Assembly (NCBI GenBank): GCA_016839515.1
Contig: JAEOUE010000197.1
Span: 12,766 to 76,765 of the forward strand
Direction: 5' to 3'
Source of the DNA: Candidatus Hodarchaeum mangrovi
GTDB lineage: Archaea > Asgardarchaeota > Heimdallarchaeia > Hodarchaeales > Hodarchaeaceae
Length of the DNA: 64,000 nucleotides
The position numbers and the translations under genes are program-made. The number at the start of each line of letters is the position of its first letter. Position 1 is the first letter of the stretch. Below the pieces are notes generated by a model. It had not been told where the DNA came from. It ran no database searches and was given only the letters and a program-made list of their open reading frames with translations. This document shows positions 10,398 to 19,308 of this stretch, in pieces.

Positions 10398-11399
10398 ATG
10401 GTGATCATAAGAATGAAGGATTATCTGTTAAAGGCTAGTAATGCCTTAACTCAGTTAAATAATACTGTTTCTATTAATGCCCGAAGTATGGCTGACGTAG
10501 TTTTAAAGATTTATACTGAGTTCGAAGAATATAGGTATATTGCTGAAACTATTCCTGATTTTATAATTCGTCCAGATAATACAAAATCAAATCTTAAAGC
10601 AAGTGGTGAGATCCGAGTAGCACAGTTATTAACCTCTATTCTGTGTGATCGAATAACAGAATTGTCTTTAAAGTTATGTGAATCTCTTGAATTCAGAGAG
10701 GAAGAAGTTGATGTCAAATTAGAAATCAGGGAGATAAAAGATCAAGTATTCCGATTAGGTGAAGTGATCCATGTCCAACAAAAACTAGCTGATGGTGCTC
10801 CTGTATCAACAGAGGCGATTCAAGATTTAAGTAAACGTTACGAAGCTAGAATAATTCAGCTAGAACAAGAACTCCTTAAAAAAGAGGGACGCGCGTTAAC
10901 AATTACTGCATTAGATGCCGTTAAAAAGCCTAAAATATTTGGTAAAGAGAAATTCAAATCTTCACTAGGAGATCTTATTTTAAGTTTTGGAAAAAATCTT
11001 CGTGCTAGCTCTGGGGGGTATATATCTCTTGCAAATCTTTATACTGCCCTTAAAGAGCAAGTTCCAGACATTAATTTTTCAACAAAGGATCTAGAAGAAG
11101 TTTGTAAGATTCTAGCTAAACAAGACCTAATTTCGGGTCTTACAAAAAGATCTGGGGTTAAAATAGTAGAATTTATACCTGTTAATTTAGGAGAAGATGC
11201 AAAGAAAATATTTTCTTTAGCATCAAAAAAAGGGTTTGTAACATATGAGGAGGTTATCCTGGGAACAAAATGGGATCAACCACGTGTTGATCGTGTCCTT
11301 GAAAGCCTTGTAAATCAGAAAATAGCTCGAAAAGTATCTAGTCTTGATTCTGGGGATCAGTATTTCTTCCCTGGATTGTATGGAGAAGATAATTGGTAG
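10398..11399 (+). CDS. ESCRT-II Vps22/Vps36 (EAP30)-like tandem winged-helix protein with a long N-terminal helical region
   Basis: The C-terminal ~130 aa (GGYISLANLY...P.NLGED.KKIFSLA.KKGFVT...TKWDQPRV.RVLESL...YFFPGL) follows the Snf8/Vps22 pattern as I recall it. Confidence 0.8.
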   Translation: MVIIRMKDYLLKASNALTQLNNTVSINARSMADVVLKIYTEFEEYRYIAETIPDFIIRPDNTKSNLKASGEIRVAQLLTSILCDRITELSLKLCESLEFREEEVDVKLEIREIKDQVFRLGEVIHVQQKLADGAPVSTEAIQDLSKRYEARIIQLEQELLKKEGRALTITALDAVKKPKIFGKEKFKSSLGDLILSFGKNLRASSGGYISLANLYTALKEQVPDINFSTKDLEEVCKILAKQDLISGLTKRSGVKIVEFIPVNLGEDAKKIFSLASKKGFVTYEEVILGTKWDQPRVDRVLESLVNQKIARKVSSLDSGDQYFFPGLYGEDNW

Positions 11400-11409
11400 G
11401 TAATGAAAA

Positions 11410-12294
11410 ATGACTGAAGTTGATACAGAAAGATTTGGTGGATTATTTCGTAAAATCGGGGATGCAGTTCATATTGGTACAAAAACGTTCAAAGGAAAGA
11501 CAATTCTTGGCTCTCAATTTGGATCTGATGCTTTAATATGGAGGATAAAATCTGATGATGTAGAAAATTTTCGTAAAATAGACGGATTCATCGTAAAAGA
11601 TCCAGAAAATGCTATCCTCCTTCAATCAGGGACTCTCGTAGGCGTTGCTGGAAGCGGAATATATGAACTTGATAAAGATGCAAAAAAACCTGGTAGTGAA
11701 ATTATCTGGGTTACAAAACGAGAATTTGTTATTAAATGGGGTAGTCCTGGAGTTTATACAACTGATAATATTATGGTTGGATGTTTTGGCATCTCTCGTA
11801 TGAGAGTAGTAAATCCTCGGAATTTTATTATGAATATTGTATCACATAAACAATATTATACTAGTGAAGAATTAAGAAACTGGGTTAAACAGACAATTAC
11901 CTCTGCAGTTAAACATGTTATGTCACGTTATACCGTTCCTGAATTATTAAAGGAAAGAAGGACTTTAGCTATTCAAACGAAATCCGAACTAGCTCCTGAG
12001 ACATCTAGATGGGGTTTAGAACTTGTAGGATTAGATATTGGGGGTTTTAAAGTACCAGATGAGTACCAAGCCCTACTTTCATATGAGATTGAAAAACAGG
12101 TTTTAGAAACCCAAAAAGAATTGGATGAAGCACGTAAATCCATGAATGAAGTTTCTGAACTGATAAAGAAGTATGAACATATGATAGAACAAGCTGATGA
12201 AATGTTCTTATCAGGAAAATTATCAGAAGAACGATACAAAGAACTAACAGATAAATATTCAAAAAAATTAGCTAAACTAAAGGCTCAATTTTAA
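11410..12294 (+). CDS. SPFH/band-7 domain protein (YdjI-like) with C-terminal coiled coil
   Basis: LIWR, IKWG.P, FG..RMRV.NP..F, WGLEL..LDI.G..VP; C-terminal G.LSEERY..L motif. Confidence 0.85.
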   Translation: MTEVDTERFGGLFRKIGDAVHIGTKTFKGKTILGSQFGSDALIWRIKSDDVENFRKIDGFIVKDPENAILLQSGTLVGVAGSGIYELDKDAKKPGSEIIWVTKREFVIKWGSPGVYTTDNIMVGCFGISRMRVVNPRNFIMNIVSHKQYYTSEELRNWVKQTITSAVKHVMSRYTVPELLKERRTLAIQTKSELAPETSRWGLELVGLDIGGFKVPDEYQALLSYEIEKQVLETQKELDEARKSMNEVSELIKKYEHMIEQADEMFLSGKLSEERYKELTDKYSKKLAKLKAQF

Positions 12295-12304
12295 TAACCA
12301 GCCT

Positions 12305-14071
12305 TTACATTTTCCGAGTTTGGAGGGAACCTCCACAATCTGGACATGTAGTTACCCCTACAGCTTTGATTTCCTCATAACAATTAGCACAGATATTATT
12401 TCTGCATGATATGCACTGAAATCCAATTGCTGAATGATTAGCTAGATTACATATGCTACAATCGAACTTAAAACCAAGCTTTTCAAGAATGATAGAAGTA
12501 GATGGAATGTCAATATACCCATTTATCTCTCCATAAATAATTAAATCCTCAATTTCTCTTATTATATTAGATTCTGAATCTTTAATCTCTCTAAAAATCT
12601 CTTGAAGGGGAACTTTCCTTGTTTTTTTATCTTCTATTAAAAATTTTAAATTGAAATTCAAACTAGGGGGCGAGTCAATTTTTGAAAATTCATCTAAATA
12701 CCATCCATTTTTCAGTGGTCCTTTTTTGCAAAAATAACACTGCTCAGCACTAACAAGGTTGAAAGAATGTGTATATGTTATTCTACAGTCAGGACAATTC
12801 CTAGGAAGGTCTATAATAAATGCAGCGATATTCCCGCAAAATGGACATTCATGTTTACTATTTAAGGGTCTGCAATCAGAACATACAATCCTTCGGCAAT
12901 TTTGACACTCATAATAAAGATTTGGATCTGAATAAGAAGAAGTATCAATTTGACAAAATACTTCAAACTTCTTCACACCTCGAATGAGAAATGGAGAGGA
13001 ACTTTCACCAGCAATAATACGAAAACCAAGGACTAAGGATAAATTTATGATTACATTTAATAATAAATCAGTATCTAAATTAAGATTTCGTGCAATTGAT
13101 TCTACATCTATTCCTCTATCTAGCCAGATTTCTAATCGCGGAGAAATATAGACATTCTCTCTAATAATCCCATCTAAACTTTTATTTATTTTATTTAAAA
13201 ATGAAATAAACTCTAAATATTCAATATTAAAGCGTTGTAACCAGAATTCAATCGGAATATGACGATAAATATAGATATCAAAGAGTATTTGCGAAACCAT
13301 ATGGCTTATTGAGTATATATGTTGTTGATCAGAAGAAAAAAGGAAAGGTATTCCTTTACAATTTTCTTTTAACATTTTTTGGCATTTTTCAATATCAATT
13401 CTAAATAACCTGCTAAGAGTCTTTAGAGATATTTCTGGTTCAAGAATAAAGGTAGTATTGAGAAAACGTTCGAAAAACTTGATATCCTTCTCAATTTGGT
13501 TTGGAGTCGAAAAATCTAAAAAAGTTAGATTATATATACGATTATTTAATGGATCTATATATCCGTAAAAGGTTCCTTGTTGTGCCATTAAATCTAAAAT
13601 GGCTTCTAAGTGTTCTTCGGACCAATTGATTTGTTTTAAAAGAAATTTGAGGTCTATACTTCCTGTTTTTCCTAGTATATTCTGCAGAAAAATCATAGCT
13701 CCATTTGGTGTAAAAAAATATCTTCGAATCCGGTCAAAGAATCCATCATATTTCTGAAGTGATTGAAACATCACAATCTCTAGGATCTCTCCAGGTAAAT
13801 TGGTTGCATCAATCAAATCACAAATGTCTACATTTCCTTTTTGGGTTAAATTATGTTCAATTAATTCATTAATGTAAGAAAGCGGAATGTAAAAATCATC
13901 ATCTGGTGTTAAAATTCCATTCAACACTTTTTCACTAATGCTTTTTCTTATAAAGAGAGCGATTTTTTGAAGGTCTTCTGAGCTATCAAAAGATTGAAGA
14001 GACACAGGTTCTGTCAGTTTCTGAGCGAAATCTAGCCATTTATCCTCTTTTTTTCGAAACATATTATTCAT
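12305..14071 (-). CDS. Multi-winged-helix (UFL1-like/PCI) protein with Zn fingers and RING-like domains; candidate E3 ligase
   Basis: PCI-like WH motifs (G.FYGYID; IEDLII.GEINGYID), internal Cys cluster CQNC..CSDC..CPFC, a Zn ribbon and a C-terminal CSIC..CISC..CANC..CPDC; lies downstream of E1/Ubl on the same strand. Confidence 0.65.
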   Translation of the reverse strand: MNNMFRKKEDKWLDFAQKLTEPVSLQSFDSSEDLQKIALFIRKSISEKVLNGILTPDDDFYIPLSYINELIEHNLTQKGNVDICDLIDATNLPGEILEIVMFQSLQKYDGFFDRIRRYFFTPNGAMIFLQNILGKTGSIDLKFLLKQINWSEEHLEAILDLMAQQGTFYGYIDPLNNRIYNLTFLDFSTPNQIEKDIKFFERFLNTTFILEPEISLKTLSRLFRIDIEKCQKMLKENCKGIPFLFSSDQQHIYSISHMVSQILFDIYIYRHIPIEFWLQRFNIEYLEFISFLNKINKSLDGIIRENVYISPRLEIWLDRGIDVESIARNLNLDTDLLLNVIINLSLVLGFRIIAGESSSPFLIRGVKKFEVFCQIDTSSYSDPNLYYECQNCRRIVCSDCRPLNSKHECPFCGNIAAFIIDLPRNCPDCRITYTHSFNLVSAEQCYFCKKGPLKNGWYLDEFSKIDSPPSLNFNLKFLIEDKKTRKVPLQEIFREIKDSESNIIREIEDLIIYGEINGYIDIPSTSIILEKLGFKFDCSICNLANHSAIGFQCISCRNNICANCYEEIKAVGVTTCPDCGGSLQTRKM

Positions 14072-14236
14072 CCAATAAGCTCGAGAACATCTTCAAGCAA
14101 ATCGTCATCTATAATCATTTATATTTTGTTAATTAAATTCTAAATTATTCTGGATCAATTTTTTTGAATGAAGTTTTTATTTGAAATCTTTTATAAAACT
14201 GTAATACATTTTCAAGAATATCTTAGGTTTTGAAAT

Positions 14237-14557
14237 ATGAGTCATTCAGAATTTAGATGTATAAATTGTGGATATATTCCACATGAGTCTCCTGTATCAG
14301 GGAATTGGTATTGTCCCAAATGTGGAAAGCGATCAACGATAAAAATTGAACAGCCTCTCCACGTTCGAAGTTATTTACGGCATAAAAGTGTTCATCAACG
14401 AAGTAAAGATGAAATATATAATGATATTTATAAAAAACTTACTCTAGAAGAAAAACAAGAATTGGGTTATAAAGAACCTTATATAAATCCAGTTCTATCT
14501 TCAGTAGAACCCAAAAAGAGGGAAACCATTCGTCTTTTCTTACCCTCTGATAATTAA
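14237..14557 (+). CDS. Small Zn-ribbon protein
   Basis: CINCG...CPKCG; 106 aa. Confidence 0.6.
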   Translation: MSHSEFRCINCGYIPHESPVSGNWYCPKCGKRSTIKIEQPLHVRSYLRHKSVHQRSKDEIYNDIYKKLTLEEKQELGYKEPYINPVLSSVEPKKRETIRLFLPSDN

Positions 14558-15795
14558 TTATTTTTTTTCTCAAATATAACTTTAATTCTTTTGTCTTTTT
14601 CACCATATAAGGGTGAAAAAGTTATTCGATCCCCATTCGAGAGAATATCCTTTATTATATCTCCCTCATTCAGATGTTTATTTCCTCTAAATGCTAAGAA
14701 TTCATCTTCATATTTATTATTTACTTCCTGAACAATTTCTATGAATCTATTATCTGGATTTACATGGATCATTGATATTTGATCTGAATTTATTCCCCTA
14801 TTTCCACAAACAAAACAATCGGGATCTGCTAATAGTTTAAAAGTGGAAAAAGTGCCTGTAAGTCCTGAATAAATAGTTAAAGAAGGAATCTGGAACCTCT
14901 CCGATTTTCGTAATCTTCTCAAGATTTTTTGATCTTTTCTTTTAAGAGAAGACCTTTTTTCAAAAAAAAGTGTGTTAATTATCAATTGAGATTGAATACC
15001 ACTAATTACTGAATTGACAGTTATTATACTTGGAATATGAGTAAGTATGAGTTGTTTTAATTCTTTGATATCATAACTAGGAAATTTGTGATTTTTTGTG
15101 CAATTATTTGCAATTTTCTGAAGAAATTTCATATCTTTATTAGAATTTTCTCTGGGCTCTCGATTATATCTTGTATAAAAGGAATAAAGAGCCTTCCAAG
15201 CACAATGTTCACGAATTCTCGGAGTTCCAACCAATGTACATGGAGCTGTCCAAATATTTGTTTCATCTGGTGGGGGAGGATTGTCACATGCTAAACAAGA
15301 TGAAAAATTCTTCTGAATATATTGAACTTGTCCAATGTATCCATCAGTAGCAGAATCAATATATGGTTTAGATAATTCAATTGCTAATGAATTAATATAT
15401 TGACGAGCTAAAAAATTATCGACGCATCCAGCAATAATGTCAACTTCTTCAAAAATTTCAGTAGGGATGTCTTGGATTTTAATTGAAAATGCTTCAACAT
15501 TTACTTGTTTATTGAACATCGTACTAATTCTATCTTTCGCAACTTCTGCTTTACTCTTTCCAATATCTGTTTCTCGAAAGAGCATTTGACGATTTAGATT
15601 TGAATATTCAATTGTATCAACATCAACCAAAATTAATTTTCCAACGCCTAGGAGTGACAGATTTTTTATAACCTCACTTCCAGTGCCACCTATGCCCACA
15701 ACAAGAACTGAACTATTCTGGATTAATTTTTGATCCCATAAAACTAATCGTTCTTGTCTATCATACCGCAAGTTATATTGATCTTCTTGTGACAT
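14554..15795 (-). CDS. Ubiquitin-like activating enzyme E1 (UBA3/UBA2-like)
   Basis: RYDRQ, GIGGTG, DVDTIEYSNLNRQMLF, Zn pairs CLAC and CFVC, catalytic Cys motif PCTLVGTPRIREHC, and a probable C-terminal ubiquitin-fold domain. Confidence 0.93.
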   Translation of the reverse strand: MSQEDQYNLRYDRQERLVLWDQKLIQNSSVLVVGIGGTGSEVIKNLSLLGVGKLILVDVDTIEYSNLNRQMLFRETDIGKSKAEVAKDRISTMFNKQVNVEAFSIKIQDIPTEIFEEVDIIAGCVDNFLARQYINSLAIELSKPYIDSATDGYIGQVQYIQKNFSSCLACDNPPPPDETNIWTAPCTLVGTPRIREHCAWKALYSFYTRYNREPRENSNKDMKFLQKIANNCTKNHKFPSYDIKELKQLILTHIPSIITVNSVISGIQSQLIINTLFFEKRSSLKRKDQKILRRLRKSERFQIPSLTIYSGLTGTFSTFKLLADPDCFVCGNRGINSDQISMIHVNPDNRFIEIVQEVNNKYEDEFLAFRGNKHLNEGDIIKDILSNGDRITFSPLYGEKDKRIKVIFEKKNN

Positions 15796-15828
15796 TGAAA
15801 TAATCCTTTTAAATAAAAAGAAAAGGTA

Positions 15829-16158
15829 TTATCCACCCTTAATCTGATCAGGGACAATCATAAGCATTGCATTTTCTTCAATGTTGTAACTTGATAAGCT
15901 ATTTGATGGATTCATGCGTCTACCTTTGTATAATAGAGCAATTGGCACTACTTCAGGAATATTGAACGCATCACGAGCTGCTCCAATAGCTTGAAAAACG
16001 CTCCCATTCATATTGATATATTTTTCACGAACGTTTTGATCTGGAGGGAGCTGAGGATCTTTAAAACGTACTTTCACCATTTTTTCTATACTTGAATCGG
16101 AGGGACTTTTTCTGACTGAATTATCCCATATAACATCTTTTTTAGACAATATTATCAC
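15829..16158 (-). CDS. Ubiquitin-like modifier ending in Gly-Gly (UFM1-like features)
   Basis: Beta-grasp pattern LLYKGRRMNP..SLSSYNI, C-terminal KGG-stop, adjacent to E1. Confidence 0.9.
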   Translation of the reverse strand: MIILSKKDVIWDNSVRKSPSDSSIEKMVKVRFKDPQLPPDQNVREKYINMNGSVFQAIGAARDAFNIPEVVPIALLYKGRRMNPSNSLSSYNIEENAMLMIVPDQIKGG

Positions 16159-16169
16159 CTTTTATTAAA

Positions 16170-16970
16170 TTAGACATATAGTAAACGTTCAATTTCGGAT
16201 AGAGTTGTTAAAAGATCAATTCTACCTTTTGCATAATCCTCTAAAGGACCTTTAATGAGCGGATATGTGTTTAGTAGTTCACTTTCGAGCCCTATCGGAT
16301 AGTTCTTTTTTCTTTTGATAATTAAATTAATGATTTCCCCATCTTGTGCATAGAATTTTACAATAATATCTTTTGTACTAACCGTTGAATCATAGTTTGT
16401 AAGGATTTTTTTGATAAGTGGGTCTTTTTCATATTCAACTGTTGAAAATTCAGGTTTTTTTATGCTTACATCAACCTCCCCTAAGGCTTTTGGAATTTTA
16501 TCCTCCGCAAGCTTGTAGATTTCTTCTAATACGTTGAGAATGCTTGAAGAATTAGGAGTCCAAGATTTCATCGACGGTAAATCGTTGAGTTCACAATCTA
16601 GAATTTCTCGAAGTTGACTGGGTCCATCGATATATGGACGAGCAGGCAGATCATCTAAAACTACGAGCAATGGAAATGCATAGGCCCCTACTTGCATTTT
16701 GATTCTGATTTTTCCAATCTCATCCCCAATATATTCACCAGGAAAGTTTTCTAATACTTTTTGCCCTTCTTGGTAAATCAAATAGTAAGATTCAGCTTTT
16801 AATTCATCATCGACAATCGATTCATTTTCAGCTGTGAAAGAGGACCGTTTTATGTAATTTGTAAGATCACAATAATCACACTTCACAGGAAATTGAAAAA
16901 TGGGTTTTTGAGAGAGAGGAGCACCACAACCATTACACTGCGCAATATTACTCTGAATTTCGAAATCCAT
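16170..16970 (-). CDS. Zn-ribbon plus UEV/RWD-like (BRE/BABAM2-like) protein
   Basis: CNGC..CDYC, then FPLLVVLDDLPARP...LPSMKSWTPNSSSILNVLEEI, an E2-fold-like segment without the HPN/Cys motif; first gene of the Ubl-E1 run. Confidence 0.55.
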   Translation of the reverse strand: MDFEIQSNIAQCNGCGAPLSQKPIFQFPVKCDYCDLTNYIKRSSFTAENESIVDDELKAESYYLIYQEGQKVLENFPGEYIGDEIGKIRIKMQVGAYAFPLLVVLDDLPARPYIDGPSQLREILDCELNDLPSMKSWTPNSSSILNVLEEIYKLAEDKIPKALGEVDVSIKKPEFSTVEYEKDPLIKKILTNYDSTVSTKDIIVKFYAQDGEIINLIIKRKKNYPIGLESELLNTYPLIKGPLEDYAKGRIDLLTTLSEIERLLYV

Positions 16971-17218
16971 ACATTCTCACCAAAGATAATTTTATGTGTT
17001 TTTTACGGAAGCTAATTTTAAATCTTAATTAATTATGACTAAGATATTGTTTTATTTAACTTACAGATTATAGATAGGGTTGAAGGATTTATTAATTAAT
17101 TCATCTCGGATGAATACGATTCTTTGTATGATGACTTAGAATACAGACCTTAAAAAGATAGCTCATTCTGGTGCAATTCAACCATAAATAAGGCAACCTT
17201 TTAAATATTGAGGACTGA

Positions 17219-17818
17219 ATGAGTGTTTTAAGAGATCCATTATATCGAACTCTAAGTTATTACCGAAGTGAGATAGCTATGCAAGACCTGCATTCAAGAA
17301 GGTTAAGAGAAGAATTTAAGAGAATGTTAAAGATATTTCCACCAAAATCCAGTCATATTAAATGGAAAATAATCGATAATGACCTTCATCATTATCGTGC
17401 GACTATTTTTGGTAAAACTGGGACACCATTTGAAGGTGGAAAATGGGATATTACAGTAGATTTACCACCCGAGTATCCGTTCAAACCTCCCATTGTTAAC
17501 TTTATAACACCTATCTGGCATCCGAATATTGCTGTTGGAAAAACAAAATGGACTTGGGGATCTAATGTATGTTTAAGCTTGGTGAATTGGAATAATTTGG
17601 GGAAACCAGGCGGCTGGAAAGAAACGATTACTTTACCCAGTGTATTTGAACATATTGAAATGATGTTGGATATATATGAAAGTGTTGATAATGCTGACTT
17701 TCCTGAGTATCTTGTTGATCCAGAGGATCCATTTAATCCAGAAGCAGGAAAAGAGATGAAAGAAAACTTTCGGGCTTACTGGGAAAAAGCTTCCGATTGG
17801 ACAAAGAAGCATAGCTGA
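17219..17818 (+). CDS. Ubiquitin-conjugating enzyme E2 (UBC family)
   Basis: RRLREE, GTPFEGG, YPFKPP.V.F.TPIWHPNI, VCLSL catalytic Cys, DPFNPEA. Confidence 0.96.
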   Translation: MSVLRDPLYRTLSYYRSEIAMQDLHSRRLREEFKRMLKIFPPKSSHIKWKIIDNDLHHYRATIFGKTGTPFEGGKWDITVDLPPEYPFKPPIVNFITPIWHPNIAVGKTKWTWGSNVCLSLVNWNNLGKPGGWKETITLPSVFEHIEMMLDIYESVDNADFPEYLVDPEDPFNPEAGKEMKENFRAYWEKASDWTKKHS

Positions 17819-17834
17819 ACTAGAGGAAATTCGA

Positions 17835-18413
17835 ATGCCTTTAGAATCTAGCAACGAAAAAAATAATCAAAAAAATCATCTAAATGAGGTTAAGAAACCT
17901 TCATCAAAGAACAAAGACAAGAAAAAGATTGTTAAATTAGATATTAAAGTAAAATCGGTTTCGATCTACTGGAAACACATTCAGAAGATGACCGATTTTT
18001 CCGTACGATCTATACCTAACGAAGCTATCGGTCTTCTCGGAGGGAGAGAAATTAGGAAAGGTGAACTTTTGGTAGAAAAAGTAATTCATATATCCACTGG
18101 CGACGAAGTCTCAGTATCTTTTTCAGATGATGATTTCAAGTCTTTTGAGGATCTTCTTAATGAAAATAATCATTGCATTGGATGGTGGCATTCTCATCCA
18201 GGATATGGATTGTTTCTTTCTCCAACTGATTTAACAACTCATATTTATTCCTTTCAAGTTCATAATCCACTATCTGTGGCACTAGTTTTAGATCCAACAA
18301 GAATTAATAATCAATGTGCTGATTTTACATGTTATCAAGTAAAAGGAGAAAATGGGATTTCACCCTTTATTTATAACGAAATAGCTAGCTATATCATAAA
18401 ATCAAAAGACTAA
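17835..18413 (+). CDS. JAMM/MPN+ metalloprotease (Rpn11/CSN5-like deconjugase)
   Basis: EAIGLLGG, IGWWHSHPGYGLFLSPTD, VALVLDP. Confidence 0.95.
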   Translation: MPLESSNEKNNQKNHLNEVKKPSSKNKDKKKIVKLDIKVKSVSIYWKHIQKMTDFSVRSIPNEAIGLLGGREIRKGELLVEKVIHISTGDEVSVSFSDDDFKSFEDLLNENNHCIGWWHSHPGYGLFLSPTDLTTHIYSFQVHNPLSVALVLDPTRINNQCADFTCYQVKGENGISPFIYNEIASYIIKSKD

Positions 18414-18472
18414 TTTAGGTTAAATATAAGTTGTTTCGAGATATTAATTGTTTTTCAAAGGAATAATAAAAA

Positions 18473-19285
18473 ATGGTGTCCACATCATTATCTTTTAGTT
18501 TTTATAAGCGTATTAGTGGTCAAATAGCTCATTTTTTCCTTCAAAGCGGTTCAGCAACTGATTATACAATAATTGACTATTTTTTTGTTTTTTTAGGTCC
18601 AGCTGCAGTACTTTTCTTTACGTTCTACCTTTGGTGGTCAGGAAAAAGGAAGAATCGCAAGATTATGAGGATAACACAGGAGTCTTTAATCCAAGTATTC
18701 TCAAAAGAGTTCGAAGATCTCATTATGGAGCAGATGAGTTCAAATGGGGGCCTTTTATTTCCTAAATACAAAAAATCTACTGTAATTCCCTTTAAGGACT
18801 TTCGTGTTGTATTTGCTCTCGAAGAACGTCATTTAATGCTATCTGTTATTATTTCTTGGTTTTCAGGAGCTAAAGATTATATTGCATTAGAAGCTAATCC
18901 TAAACGTGGAAAAACATCAACCAAAATTCAAATAATTCCTAAGAAAGAAGAAGGACAAATTAAGAAACACCAAGATTTGCTATTTACTCTCGATGAAATA
19001 GAATTAGGGGTGAGACAGCTTGATGAGACATATATTTGGAAAGCATCATCAAGCCGATCAGGATTGTATTTTCTTTCAGATAAAACTCTCCTGAAAAATA
19101 TACATAAATTGCGAAACAATCTTGTTCGAATTTCTATAGATTCCTCAGATGATCCTTCTATTCGAATATACGTCAAGATAAATAAGGATTTAGACCTTGA
19201 ACAGTTATACATAACATTTATGGCTTTGTGTGAGAGGGTTGACCAAGTATTTGATAAAACTGTAATGAAAAAAACTCGAAATTAG
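18473..19285 (+). CDS. Single-pass membrane protein, CCDC47 (PAT complex)/DUF1682-like
   Basis: TM helix followed by GKRKNRKI....L...F and a later L..RH...SVI......KD.I segment, resembling CCDC47 as recalled. Confidence 0.6.
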   Translation: MVSTSLSFSFYKRISGQIAHFFLQSGSATDYTIIDYFFVFLGPAAVLFFTFYLWWSGKRKNRKIMRITQESLIQVFSKEFEDLIMEQMSSNGGLLFPKYKKSTVIPFKDFRVVFALEERHLMLSVIISWFSGAKDYIALEANPKRGKTSTKIQIIPKKEEGQIKKHQDLLFTLDEIELGVRQLDETYIWKASSSRSGLYFLSDKTLLKNIHKLRNNLVRISIDSSDDPSIRIYVKINKDLDLEQLYITFMALCERVDQVFDKTVMKKTRN

Positions 19286-19308
19286 ATCAGACGAGAAAAT
19301 TTTAAATT

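Noticed and set aside
17128-17150. ATGATGA C-box-like word upstream of E2
   Set aside because: No convincing D'/C'/D boxes at suitable spacing.
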